Part shown: positions 19,931 through 28,909 of the stretch, one piece after another
Position numbering within the stretch: the first letter of the stretch is position 1
Layout of the letters: every line of letters begins with the position of its first letter
Translations under genes and position numbers: made by a program
The notes under the pieces: generated by a model
Databases searched by the model: none
What the model was told of the DNA's origin: nothing
The model's input: only the letters and a program-made list of their open reading frames with translations
From: Spirochaetia bacterium
GTDB lineage: Bacteria; Spirochaetota; Spirochaetia; DSM-2461
Length of the DNA: 64,000 nucleotides
Assembly (NCBI GenBank): GCA_963668315.1
Contig: OY764216.1
Location: forward strand, 608,001-672,000
Reading direction: 5' to 3'

Positions 19931-22900
19931 ATGGCCCACGTTAAAGTCGTCAGACGCTCCATGGATAAGAGCGAGTGGATAGAAATTCGTACGAAATGGC
20001 TCAGGGACAGAATAGTCGAAGAGGCCCTTCCCGTCACCGGATGGAAAATAAGAGAAGCCCGGCAGGTCGAAGAAATGACCTATGAGTTCACCGGAGAGGA
20101 GCGCCCTATCCTTAAGGGGGAAGAGTACTTCTTCCCCGACGGAACGGTATTTCTTTCAGCCGATGCAGCCATCCCGGAAACATGGGCCGGAAAACCGGTC
20201 TGGTTCAGTTTCGAAACGGCGGCCGAAATGATGGTGAAGGTCAACGGCAAGTGGACCGGAGGCGTCGATCCCAACAGACAGCGTGTGGCCCTCCGCAAGG
20301 CGGGTGAAGATATCACATCCCTGAAGATCGAAATGGAAGGGTACAATCGGTCCAAGCCCGATGACGAGCGGAATCCCGAAACGGCCGCTCTGCGCGGCTG
20401 CCGCCAGATTTTCCCCGGGGGAGAAATCCTCATCCTGGACGAACTTGTCAAAGACGCCTATTACGATGCCAAAATCCTCAATGAAACAATCCACAGCGAG
20501 TATGTCGAAGAGGATGTGAGAAACTCCCTTACCGGAGAGCTTCATAAAGCCCTTCTCTATGTCGATTTCGACAGCACAGACAGAGAACTTCTCAGAGACG
20601 GTCTCCGGGCGTTCCGCAGGCATCTGGAAGAAACCGTCTTCAACGGGAAAAACTCCTACCATATCGGTAAAGTCGCTCTGGTCGCCCACTCCCACCTGGA
20701 CCTGGCCTACTACTGGCGGCGCATCCATACGGTGCAGAAAAACGCCCGGACCTGTCTTATCCAGCTCGATCTGATGGATCAGTACGACGACTTCACCTAC
20801 GCCCACACCCAGGCCTACACCTACGAGACGCTGGAAAAGTATTATCCCGAAATTTTCGAACGGGTCAGAAAACGTGTCGAAGAGGGCCGCTTCGAGCTGG
20901 TGGGCGGCATGTACGTGGAACCGGACTGCAACGTTCCCACCGCCGAATCCCTCGTACGGCAGAGCCTCTACGGCCAGCAGTACTTCCGGGAAAAATTCAA
21001 CCGCACCGTGAATAACTGCTGGCTGCCCGACGTTTTCGGCAATACCTGGATACTCCCCCAGATCCTCAGGAAATCGGGAATGGACTACTTCGTATCCAAC
21101 AAGATGTCCACCTGGAACGACACGAACCTTTTTCCCCATAACAATTTCATCTGGCGGGGAATCGACGGTTCGGACATTCTGGCCTGCGTTCCTCCGACCC
21201 ACTTTATCTCCTGGAACACCCCCGACCAGATCATAGAGAACTGGAGCGCCTTCCAGGAAAAAAATGTCTGCCCCGAAACGCTGAATATGTTCGGCTACGG
21301 AGACGGGGGAAGCGGCGTCACCGAGGAGATGCTCGAGTTCAAGGAAAGACTGAACAAAATTCCCTCCCTGCCCGAAGTCCGCCATGTGCGGGGAGACGTC
21401 TTTCTCGGCGAATCAATAAACCGCGACCAGGCCCTGGAAGAGTGGGACGGGGAACTCTACCTCGAAATGCACCGGGGAACCTTTACGACCAAGGGCTATC
21501 TGAAGATGATGAACCGCCGTTTCGAAATCCTTTTACGAGAAGCGGAATATCTTCTGACCCTGGTCTACGCAAAAACGGGAGAGTACCCCCGGGAAGAGCT
21601 CGACTCTCTCTGGAAGCTCCTCCTTATCAATCAGTTTCACGATATCCTCCCCGGGACCCACATTGCTCCCGTGGAAAGGGATACCAGAAAAGATTATGAT
21701 ATCATAGGGAAAAAACTGAACTCTCTGATAGATGAAGCGCTGGATACCCTCGCCACGGGCGGAGCATCCCTCAGCGATGCATCGGACGGAGATTCCCTCC
21801 TCCTTGTCAACACCCTGGGCTGGACCCGCAGCGAGCCCTGTTTTATCGAAGGGCTTACGGAAAAACCGGCCGGAGTAACCTGCCAGGAGGGAAACCTTAA
21901 GGGCGAAAAGGGGTTATGGATACTTCCCGGGGACCTCTCCCCCTTCGCGTCCCTGACACTCCCCCTCGAAAAGAATACCCTTCCCCGGGAGGGCGAAACG
22001 GACTGGTTCACCTACGGAAGCGGCGTCCTCGAGACCCCCTACTACCGGGCAAAACTGGAAGACGGGGGAACCATTTCGGAACTCTACTCCAAGGAGTACG
22101 GGAAGAATGTCCAGAGCAGGGGCGGATTCCTGGGAGACGTAAAGGTTTACCACGATTATCCCGGGATGTACGATGCCTGGGATATCCTGGATAACTACAA
22201 AGATAAGGAAGAGGAGCTTCTGATCGAGTCGCCCCTGACACTGTCCGAATCGGGAAGTCTCTATTTCACCCTGGAAAGCCGACTCGTGATCGGAAATTCC
22301 CGGATAACCCGGACGATCCGTTTTTACCGACACAGTCCGATAATCGATATGGATTTCCATGCGGACTGGCAGGAAAGAAACCGTCTGGTCAAGCTGGAGT
22401 TCGACATGAATGTTCTGGCCCGCCAGGCCGGATGCGACACCAGCGCGGGAACGATCTTCCGCGATACCCACCGGAATACCTCATGGCAGAAAGCCCGCTT
22501 CGAAGTGTGCATGCACAAATATGTGGATCTCAGCGAGACGGGATTCGGCGTGGCCCTGCTGAACGACTCAAAATACGGCGTCTCCCTGCATAAGAATCAG
22601 GTGGGAGTCTCCCTCCTCCGCGGTTCCATCCGCCCGGACAACAATTCCGACAAGGGCTCCCACCGCTTCTCCGTTTCCCTCTACCCCCACGGCGAAAGCC
22701 TCGAGGAAAGCGACGTGATTGAAAAAGCCTGGAACAAGAATGTGCCCCTCCTGTCACGGCGCGGTAATAACGATTCCATGGGCGAAACGGGTTTCGTCGA
22801 AACGGATCATCTCCATCTGCAGAGCCTCAAGAAAGCTCAGAACGATGAGGCGATCATCTGCCGCTTCGTCGAACTCCACGGGAAAAGGGGGACGGCCGAC

Positions 22901-23059
22901 CTTAATTTCCGTCTTCCCGTAAAGGATCTGACACTGACAAATCTCCTGGAAGACGGGATAGACGATGAAGCGGGCATACTGATTCCCGTTGACGGCACGC
23001 ATGGGAAAATCAGTTATGCTCCCTATGAGATCATAACCCTTAAGTGCCGGCTGGCCTGA
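19931..23059 (+). CDS. GH38 alpha-mannosidase, cytoplasmic
   Basis: AHSHLDLAYYW, WLPDVFG (nucleophile), GYGDGG, NQFHDILPG, LLNDSKYG; no signal peptide. Confidence 0.93.
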   Translation: MAHVKVVRRSMDKSEWIEIRTKWLRDRIVEEALPVTGWKIREARQVEEMTYEFTGEERPILKGEEYFFPDGTVFLSADAAIPETWAGKPVWFSFETAAEMMVKVNGKWTGGVDPNRQRVALRKAGEDITSLKIEMEGYNRSKPDDERNPETAALRGCRQIFPGGEILILDELVKDAYYDAKILNETIHSEYVEEDVRNSLTGELHKALLYVDFDSTDRELLRDGLRAFRRHLEETVFNGKNSYHIGKVALVAHSHLDLAYYWRRIHTVQKNARTCLIQLDLMDQYDDFTYAHTQAYTYETLEKYYPEIFERVRKRVEEGRFELVGGMYVEPDCNVPTAESLVRQSLYGQQYFREKFNRTVNNCWLPDVFGNTWILPQILRKSGMDYFVSNKMSTWNDTNLFPHNNFIWRGIDGSDILACVPPTHFISWNTPDQIIENWSAFQEKNVCPETLNMFGYGDGGSGVTEEMLEFKERLNKIPSLPEVRHVRGDVFLGESINRDQALEEWDGELYLEMHRGTFTTKGYLKMMNRRFEILLREAEYLLTLVYAKTGEYPREELDSLWKLLLINQFHDILPGTHIAPVERDTRKDYDIIGKKLNSLIDEALDTLATGGASLSDASDGDSLLLVNTLGWTRSEPCFIEGLTEKPAGVTCQEGNLKGEKGLWILPGDLSPFASLTLPLEKNTLPREGETDWFTYGSGVLETPYYRAKLEDGGTISELYSKEYGKNVQSRGGFLGDVKVYHDYPGMYDAWDILDNYKDKEEELLIESPLTLSESGSLYFTLESRLVIGNSRITRTIRFYRHSPIIDMDFHADWQERNRLVKLEFDMNVLARQAGCDTSAGTIFRDTHRNTSWQKARFEVCMHKYVDLSETGFGVALLNDSKYGVSLHKNQVGVSLLRGSIRPDNNSDKGSHRFSVSLYPHGESLEESDVIEKAWNKNVPLLSRRGNNDSMGETGFVETDHLHLQSLKKAQNDEAIICRFVELHGKRGTADLNFRLPVKDLTLTNLLEDGIDDEAGILIPVDGTHGKISYAPYEIITLKCRLA

Positions 23060-23098
23060 TGGGACCTATCTGTCCCCGGGTTATCTAAATTGCTAATC

Positions 23099-23170
23099 AT
23101 CCCGGAATGAAATCAGTCGATTCATCTGCGCTATTACACCTTTGCAGACTGATGGAATTCCGGGGTTTTC
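23099..23170 (+). terminator. Long imperfect hairpin after the mannosidase operon, probable terminator
   Basis: CCCGGAAT/ATTCCGGG and ATCAGTC/GACTGAT arms with a 3x3 internal loop, followed by TTTT. Confidence 0.5.
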
Positions 23171-23327
23171 TACAAAATAGTTCCTTCATAACAAAAATTG
23201 ATAAAAAGATTAAAGAATTATTAATCTTTTCAGGGTAACTATTTCATTCTAAGATGGTATTATACATATATAGAATAGGAACATTCATCGCCAAAAACAG
23301 GAACGTTCCAGGGATATTGCATACGTT

Positions 23328-26054
23328 ATGAAAGAAAAAAAGCTGGCCTTGAAACTACGAAAGAGCTATGGCCATTATAATTTTGAGCCGTCACTTCACG
23401 ACGGCAGATCCTTCTTCTTCTTCAGAGAAGGGGACACCCAGCTAAGTGAAAATCAAAGACAGATACTGGATCGGGTAAGCAGCCACAAGGGCGATATCCT
23501 TCTTCCCGAAATCCTTGATTTACTGGGCGAGCCGGATTTCCCGGAAATCTTCTACACCCCCGATTTTTCCCGCCCCCGGCAGGTAAAGCTCGTTCCCATA
23601 AAATCATGGACGCTGGGATTCCAGTTCTCCTCCTTCGACAAAAACTCACCCCTGTTCAACCCGGTCATTTTCCCCGATGGGCTGAGGGACGAAGAAGCCT
23701 CCATACCGCTCACTTCCGATTTCTTCCAGAATTACCACTACCTTTACACCATGAACGATAATACCGTCCATCTTCTGGAACGGGACCACACGCTCACAGA
23801 GATTATCAAAAGCTTCCGCAACAGCGAGCTCTTCTCCATGAAGGATGCCCAGGATACCCTGGAAAGCTTTCAGGAACAGGGCATTCCCACGGATGATTTC
23901 TTCCCCGATTTCGAATTCCGGGAACTGAACAGTTTCCCCATCCTCGAAATGACCCAGGGGAGGAGAAACGAACTGCACCTCATCCTCTATTTCGATTACG
24001 AGGGCCTTCAGCTCCCCTTCAATAACTCGGAAGAATCCATCATTCTGGAGAAAACCTCTGACAAGGTGACCTTCAGCCGGAGGGATACGATTTTCGAGCA
24101 GGCCATCTGCAGCCGCTGTCTGGTCACCTTCGGCCAGGACATTCACACGAAGATATACGGTGCCGTGCGGTATTACAACTTCGCCCTTTCCATGGAGCTT
24201 GAGGAGTTTCTGGCCAAGCACGGACAGGATCTGCTGGATTACGGTATCCAGCTCAAACGCAAAAGAGATAAAAAGAGCATCCTCGGACGGGGCGATATCA
24301 GCTTCCGCATCAAGGAGAATCAGGACTGGCTCGATATTGAAGCGGTCATCACGTCGGAAAGCGGGGAAGATATCATAGAACTGGATGCCTCCCTGCTGGA
24401 CCAGAACTATGCATCGGGCCGAAAAGGGCTATACATCATAGAAGAAGCGGAGATCGAAAATCTGCGCACCCTCTTCGGTCTGGGCCTGGGTAAGGACGGC
24501 ATACTGCGGACCTGCCGGAACAACATGGGAGTAATCAACCTGATCTATAACTCCCTGGAGAACCGGGAGCACGAAACGGTCCACCGCCTGAGAGACCTGG
24601 AAACTCAGATTGAAACCTTCGATATCCAGGAAGCCGTGCCGGTCAGCAGCAACTTTCAGGGCAAACTGCGCGATTACCAGCAGGCCGGAGTCAACTGGCT
24701 GCACTTTCTGCACCGCACCGGTCTCAACGGATGTCTCGCCGATGACATGGGACTGGGTAAAACCGTCCAGACCCTGGCTTTTCTTCAGACCCTCTACGAC
24801 CAGGGAGAGCTGAAACGGGTCCTTATCGTTGCACCGGTGAGCACCCTCCCCAACTGGGAAAGCGAAATCGGCCGGTTCGCCCCTCAGCTCAGCTGCCTTC
24901 ACCACTCCGGTACGGCGAGAACCGATTCCCTGGAAGACTTGATGTCCCCGGTCATCACCCTTGTCAGCTACCAGACACTCCGGAATGATATCGTCAAATT
25001 CAAAGAGATCGACTATACCTATGTCATCCTTGATGAGGCCCAGTACATAAAAAACGCCACGACCCAGGCTTTCAAATCGGTAAAAATCCTCAGCTCCGCC
25101 CATCGACTCTCGCTCACGGGAACCCCCGTGGAAAACCGGACACTGGATCTCTGGTCCCAGATGGATTTCCTCAACCCCGGCCTCCTGGGCCCGGCGGATC
25201 ACTTCAATAAACGTTTCATGCAGCCCATAGAGGAGAAGAAGGATGAGGAAAAACGGGAACTTCTGAGAAAGATCGTCTATCCCTTCATTCTAAGACGTAA
25301 GAAAGAGGATGTCCTGGACGATCTGCCGCCCCGGGAAGAGATCATCCGCTATACCGAAATGGCCTCCGACCAGGCCGCCCTTTACGAGGAGCTTCTGGAA
25401 AAATACAGGGGGGAAATCCTCCAGCTCGCCGAAGAAAAGGGTGTTTCCGGTGCCCGCTTCGATATTCTCCAGGCCCTTATGCGCCTCCGTCAGGCCGTGC
25501 TTTTTCCCGATATGCTCGGTGATGAATACAGGGATATCAGTTCAAGCAAGTTTGACGTCCTCAAGCTCCATCTGCGAGATATTACCTGCGGCGACCACAA
25601 GATCCTGATATTCTCCCAGTTCGTCAAAAGTTTGACCCATATCCGGGAATGGCTCGAGGAAGAAGAGATCGAGTACTCCTATCTGGATGGAGGCACAAAA
25701 GACCGAAAATCGGAAATCGAAGCTTTTCAGGACGATCCCAACCGCAAAGTGTTCCTCATCAGCCTCAAAGCGGGCGGCACGGGCATCAACCTGACCGCCG
25801 CCGACTACGTGATTATCTTCGACCCCTGGTGGAACCCCGCCGCCGAAGCTCAGGCCATCGACCGGACCCACCGTATAGGACAGACCCGGCCGGTCACGGC
25901 ATTCCGCTTCATTATGAAAGGAACCATCGAAGAGAAGATCCTGGAAATGCAGAAACGCAAGAGAAAACTGATGGATGACCTCATCACCGCGGAGGATTCC
26001 ATTTTCAAGGAAATGTCCAGGGAGGATCTGGAAGAGCTGTTCAAGCTGGGCTAA
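23328..26054 (+). CDS. SNF2-family helicase/ATPase
   Basis: LADDMGLGKT, LDEAQ, LTGTPVEN, IFSQF, SLKAGGTGINLT, QAIDRTHRIGQ. Confidence 0.95.
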   Translation: MKEKKLALKLRKSYGHYNFEPSLHDGRSFFFFREGDTQLSENQRQILDRVSSHKGDILLPEILDLLGEPDFPEIFYTPDFSRPRQVKLVPIKSWTLGFQFSSFDKNSPLFNPVIFPDGLRDEEASIPLTSDFFQNYHYLYTMNDNTVHLLERDHTLTEIIKSFRNSELFSMKDAQDTLESFQEQGIPTDDFFPDFEFRELNSFPILEMTQGRRNELHLILYFDYEGLQLPFNNSEESIILEKTSDKVTFSRRDTIFEQAICSRCLVTFGQDIHTKIYGAVRYYNFALSMELEEFLAKHGQDLLDYGIQLKRKRDKKSILGRGDISFRIKENQDWLDIEAVITSESGEDIIELDASLLDQNYASGRKGLYIIEEAEIENLRTLFGLGLGKDGILRTCRNNMGVINLIYNSLENREHETVHRLRDLETQIETFDIQEAVPVSSNFQGKLRDYQQAGVNWLHFLHRTGLNGCLADDMGLGKTVQTLAFLQTLYDQGELKRVLIVAPVSTLPNWESEIGRFAPQLSCLHHSGTARTDSLEDLMSPVITLVSYQTLRNDIVKFKEIDYTYVILDEAQYIKNATTQAFKSVKILSSAHRLSLTGTPVENRTLDLWSQMDFLNPGLLGPADHFNKRFMQPIEEKKDEEKRELLRKIVYPFILRRKKEDVLDDLPPREEIIRYTEMASDQAALYEELLEKYRGEILQLAEEKGVSGARFDILQALMRLRQAVLFPDMLGDEYRDISSSKFDVLKLHLRDITCGDHKILIFSQFVKSLTHIREWLEEEEIEYSYLDGGTKDRKSEIEAFQDDPNRKVFLISLKAGGTGINLTAADYVIIFDPWWNPAAEAQAIDRTHRIGQTRPVTAFRFIMKGTIEEKILEMQKRKRKLMDDLITAEDSIFKEMSREDLEELFKLG

Positions 26055-26270
26055 TCCCCGGCGGCTCTGGACAGTATCCCCGCCATTTCCTGTATTCCAT
26101 CAAAAGGCCCTCAATGGGAGAATTATTTATCGATATTTTTTTCTCGCATTTTGTGCTGATGCGTACGCCTGGACTGCATTAACTTTCCTCTTAATTTCTC
26201 CATATTCCCTTATACCATAGAGATATATACCTCATAAACCCTTTCTGTTTTTCCCGTTTCCCGGTGAACA

Positions 26271-26307
26271 TAAGTTTCATTCGATTATACCCATCGATAA
26301 TTCATAT
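26271..26307 (+). promoter_or_regulatory. Putative LysR-type binding site pair upstream of the Fe-ADH/amidohydrolase operon
   Basis: TAAGTTTCATTCGAT-TATACCC-ATCGATAATTCATAT; same 15-7-15 layout as at 30986 and 33282, first box imperfect. Confidence 0.5.
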
Positions 26308-26423
26308 TGTACAAGATCGATTTAATAAGATATATTTTTATCGAGCTTCAAAAAGATATTTTTTTATCGACCTGGTCTGTTGTTTACAATTGACCCTACA
26401 TCTTATTTTTAAAAGGAACGAAA

Positions 26424-27569
26424 ATGAAAGGTTTTAGGTATAACACGCAAACTGCCCTGTTCTTCGGTCAAAACTGCATTAAAGACAATGCTGATTTCTT
26501 TAAACCCTACGGAAAGCGCGCTGTCATTTTTACGACGAAATTTTATGACGGGTGTGAGAATAAGGGCCTTTCAGATATGCAGGATGTCCTGAAGGGAAAC
26601 GGAGTCGAATATCTGGTTCTCGACAGTGTGGAAGTCGATCCCCCCATTGATAATGTTGTTGATCTGGCCAATAAGGCCACCGAATTCAAACCTGATTTCT
26701 TTGTTGCTATCGGCGGAGGTTCTTCCATTGATACCTGTAAAGCCGTCGCCCTTCTCCTCACCCACCCCGAAATCGAAGATCCCTATGAAGTTTTCTACGG
26801 CATGGGCCATCCTTCCACCAGCATCAAGACCGAAGTGAACATACCAATCTTCGCCGTTCCCACCACGGCAGGAACCGGAGCCGAAGTAACCGGATTCGCC
26901 GTTCTTACCCGTGCCGATACGGATACCAAGCTCTGTATGTACCCTGTCGCCTTCTGCGATGCGGCATTCCTGGATTCCCGCTACATCAGCTGCTCTCCCT
27001 CCTTCCTCATCCACACCGGCGTCATCGACGCTCTGGCCCACGGAGTGGAGACCTATCTGCATGTCAGAAGCAACCCCATGAACAGATACCTGGCGGAGTA
27101 CGGTTTCAAACTTTTCGCCAAGTTCAAGGACGGGATGATTTCCGGCGATCTGGGCAGTGAAGACTATGACAACATGATGCTGGCCTCCTATGTCCAGGGT
27201 ATGGCTTTCATGCAGGCAAGTACCACCATTCCCCACGGCATGGGTTATCCCCTGTCCCATTTCAAGCATGTGAACCACGGTCTCGCCTGCGGAATCTTCC
27301 TCGGTGAATATGTCAGGGGATTCAAGGATCAGTCCTGGGTTCAGCCCATTGTCGAGGCATGCGGCTTCAATAACTCAGATGAATTCGCCGAGTTCTGCAA
27401 AAAGATAACAGAGAAAGATGTCAACATCGAAGTATCTGAAGAGGAAGTTCAGAAATGGACGGATGATTTTATGAAGCTCGACTTCCGTATTGCCAGCAAT
27501 CCGGAGCCACTGAACAGGGATGACATCGAGAATCTCTACCGTAACTCACTGAGCATTTATATTAAATAG
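26424..27569 (+). CDS. Iron-containing alcohol dehydrogenase
   Basis: AIGGGSSIDTCK, AVPTTAGTGAEVT; metal ligands in DALAHGVE, HGMGYPLS, HGLAC. Confidence 0.93.
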   Translation: MKGFRYNTQTALFFGQNCIKDNADFFKPYGKRAVIFTTKFYDGCENKGLSDMQDVLKGNGVEYLVLDSVEVDPPIDNVVDLANKATEFKPDFFVAIGGGSSIDTCKAVALLLTHPEIEDPYEVFYGMGHPSTSIKTEVNIPIFAVPTTAGTGAEVTGFAVLTRADTDTKLCMYPVAFCDAAFLDSRYISCSPSFLIHTGVIDALAHGVETYLHVRSNPMNRYLAEYGFKLFAKFKDGMISGDLGSEDYDNMMLASYVQGMAFMQASTTIPHGMGYPLSHFKHVNHGLACGIFLGEYVRGFKDQSWVQPIVEACGFNNSDEFAEFCKKITEKDVNIEVSEEEVQKWTDDFMKLDFRIASNPEPLNRDDIENLYRNSLSIYIK

Positions 27570-27601
27570 TTGAAAAAACCAAAAAATCGGAGGAATAAAA
27601 A

Positions 27602-28513
27602 ATGACAGACACAATAGTGAACATGGACCAGCTTATTGAAGGCGCCGTAGACATGCACGTGCACAGCTACCCGGAGTTTAATAAGGACTTCATCTCGGCA
27701 CGGGATGACTTCGATAATATCAAAGCGGCCCAGGAAGCAGGAATGAAGGGGATTGTCCTGAAGTCTCATACCTTTCCCACTCTGGGAAAAGCCATGGTTC
27801 TGGACCGGATTTTTCCCGACATCAATGTTATGGGAAGTATCGTTCTGAATCAGCCCTGCGGCGGTATCGACCCCGTAACTGTCGAATTGGCCCTGAAAAT
27901 GGGATGCAAAGTCGTCCATATGCCTACCTGGTCTTCCAAATACGACCTGGGAAACAACCTGGCCTTTTTCCTTATGCAGGAGAACATCAAATCCTCCCAT
28001 GCCCTTACCGTAGAGAAAAACGGCCTTTCCATCTATGATGAAAACGGCAAAGTAAGCGAAAATACCATGGAAGTTCTACATCTTGTAAAAGATTACGATG
28101 CCTGTCTTTTCACCGGCCACATGGATGCCGAGGAGAGCGTTAAGACCCTTGAAGTGTGTAAGGAAATCGGCATGAAGAAGGGTGTTTTCGGTCATCCCCT
28201 GGCCCAGGGAACGTCCCTGGAACTGATTGAAAAAGGTCTGGCCGCCGGCTGCTACGTAGAGTTTACCTACCTCTGCATGCACACAATCTACGCCCACCAG
28301 TCCGTACCCAAGATGCTTGAAAGCATAAAAACCCTGGTTAATAAATACGGCGCCGAGCGATTTATCCTCTGCAGTGACCACTTTGACGATATCAGTCCCC
28401 TGGTACCCGAAGGTCTGCGCGAGTTCGTGACAATTCTTGCCAAAAACGGAATCGCCACATCGGATCTCCGCAAAATGGTGGTAGACAACCAGTATAAGCT
28501 CCTCAACCTCTAA
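27602..28513 (+). CDS. Amidohydrolase-fold metal-dependent hydrolase (DUF6282-like)
   Basis: DMHVHSYPE, GIVLKSH, IVLN..GG, VHMPT, TGH, HP, SD: HxH...K..H..H..D ligand pattern. Confidence 0.75.
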   Translation: MTDTIVNMDQLIEGAVDMHVHSYPEFNKDFISARDDFDNIKAAQEAGMKGIVLKSHTFPTLGKAMVLDRIFPDINVMGSIVLNQPCGGIDPVTVELALKMGCKVVHMPTWSSKYDLGNNLAFFLMQENIKSSHALTVEKNGLSIYDENGKVSENTMEVLHLVKDYDACLFTGHMDAEESVKTLEVCKEIGMKKGVFGHPLAQGTSLELIEKGLAAGCYVEFTYLCMHTIYAHQSVPKMLESIKTLVNKYGAERFILCSDHFDDISPLVPEGLREFVTILAKNGIATSDLRKMVVDNQYKLLNL

Positions 28514-28530
28514 ATCAAGAGACAAAATAT

Positions 28531-28574
28531 AAAGGGCCTTCCTTAAGTGTAAAAGCTTAAGGAAGGCCCTTTTT
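28531..28574 (+). terminator. Intrinsic terminator, possibly bidirectional
   Basis: Perfect 17-bp stem AAAGGGCCTTCCTTAAG/CTTAAGGAAGGCCCTTT with an 8-nt loop and T-run. Confidence 0.88.
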
Positions 28575-28640
28575 CATATCAGCCATGGCTGAGCAGGAAA
28601 GAGAGACGATTCGCGGCACCACATACGCAGCGTCTCTTCA

Positions 28641-28829
28641 TCAAAAGATGTTCCGGGCACGGACAAACACGCCCCTATCTCCGCACCAATTGGGAAACCT
28701 CAGAATGACCTTATCAGTGGCTGCCATATTTTCAATGGAAGAGGCCCGTTGGGGCCGGGCGGTCATGGTCCCTTCCTTCTTTGACTGCGCCGCAGAGGCT
28801 CTGTAATCCCGGGGATAGGACTCCGTATC
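28641..28829 (-). pseudogene. Decayed flavodoxin fragment
   Basis: Minus-strand translation DTESYPRDYRASAAQSKKEGTMTARPQRASSIENMAATDKVILRFPNWCG resembles the flavodoxin pattern YPxDY...ARPxL..xxEN...YDxIFLGYPNWWG. No N-terminal part; a stop precedes it in frame. Confidence 0.55.
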
Positions 28830-28852
28830 TTTCTATACGAATAGGGATAAAT

Positions 28853-28880
28853 AAAAAGCGGCCCCCTAAGGAACCGCTTC
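28853..28880 (-). terminator. Intrinsic terminator of the OYE-family gene
   Basis: On the minus strand GAAGCGGTTCC-ttag-GGGGCCGC followed by TTTTT. Confidence 0.65.
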
Positions 28881-28909
28881 TGTTTCATTAAGCAATTACG
28901 AGACCGGAT

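Noticed and set aside
23328..26054. SNF2 ATPase as part of an anti-phage system
   Set aside because: No methylase, nuclease, PLD or other defence partner adjacent.
28585..28806. 73-aa plus-strand ORF
   Set aside because: Starts just after a strong terminator with no RBS; the opposite strand gives the more convincing flavodoxin-like signal.
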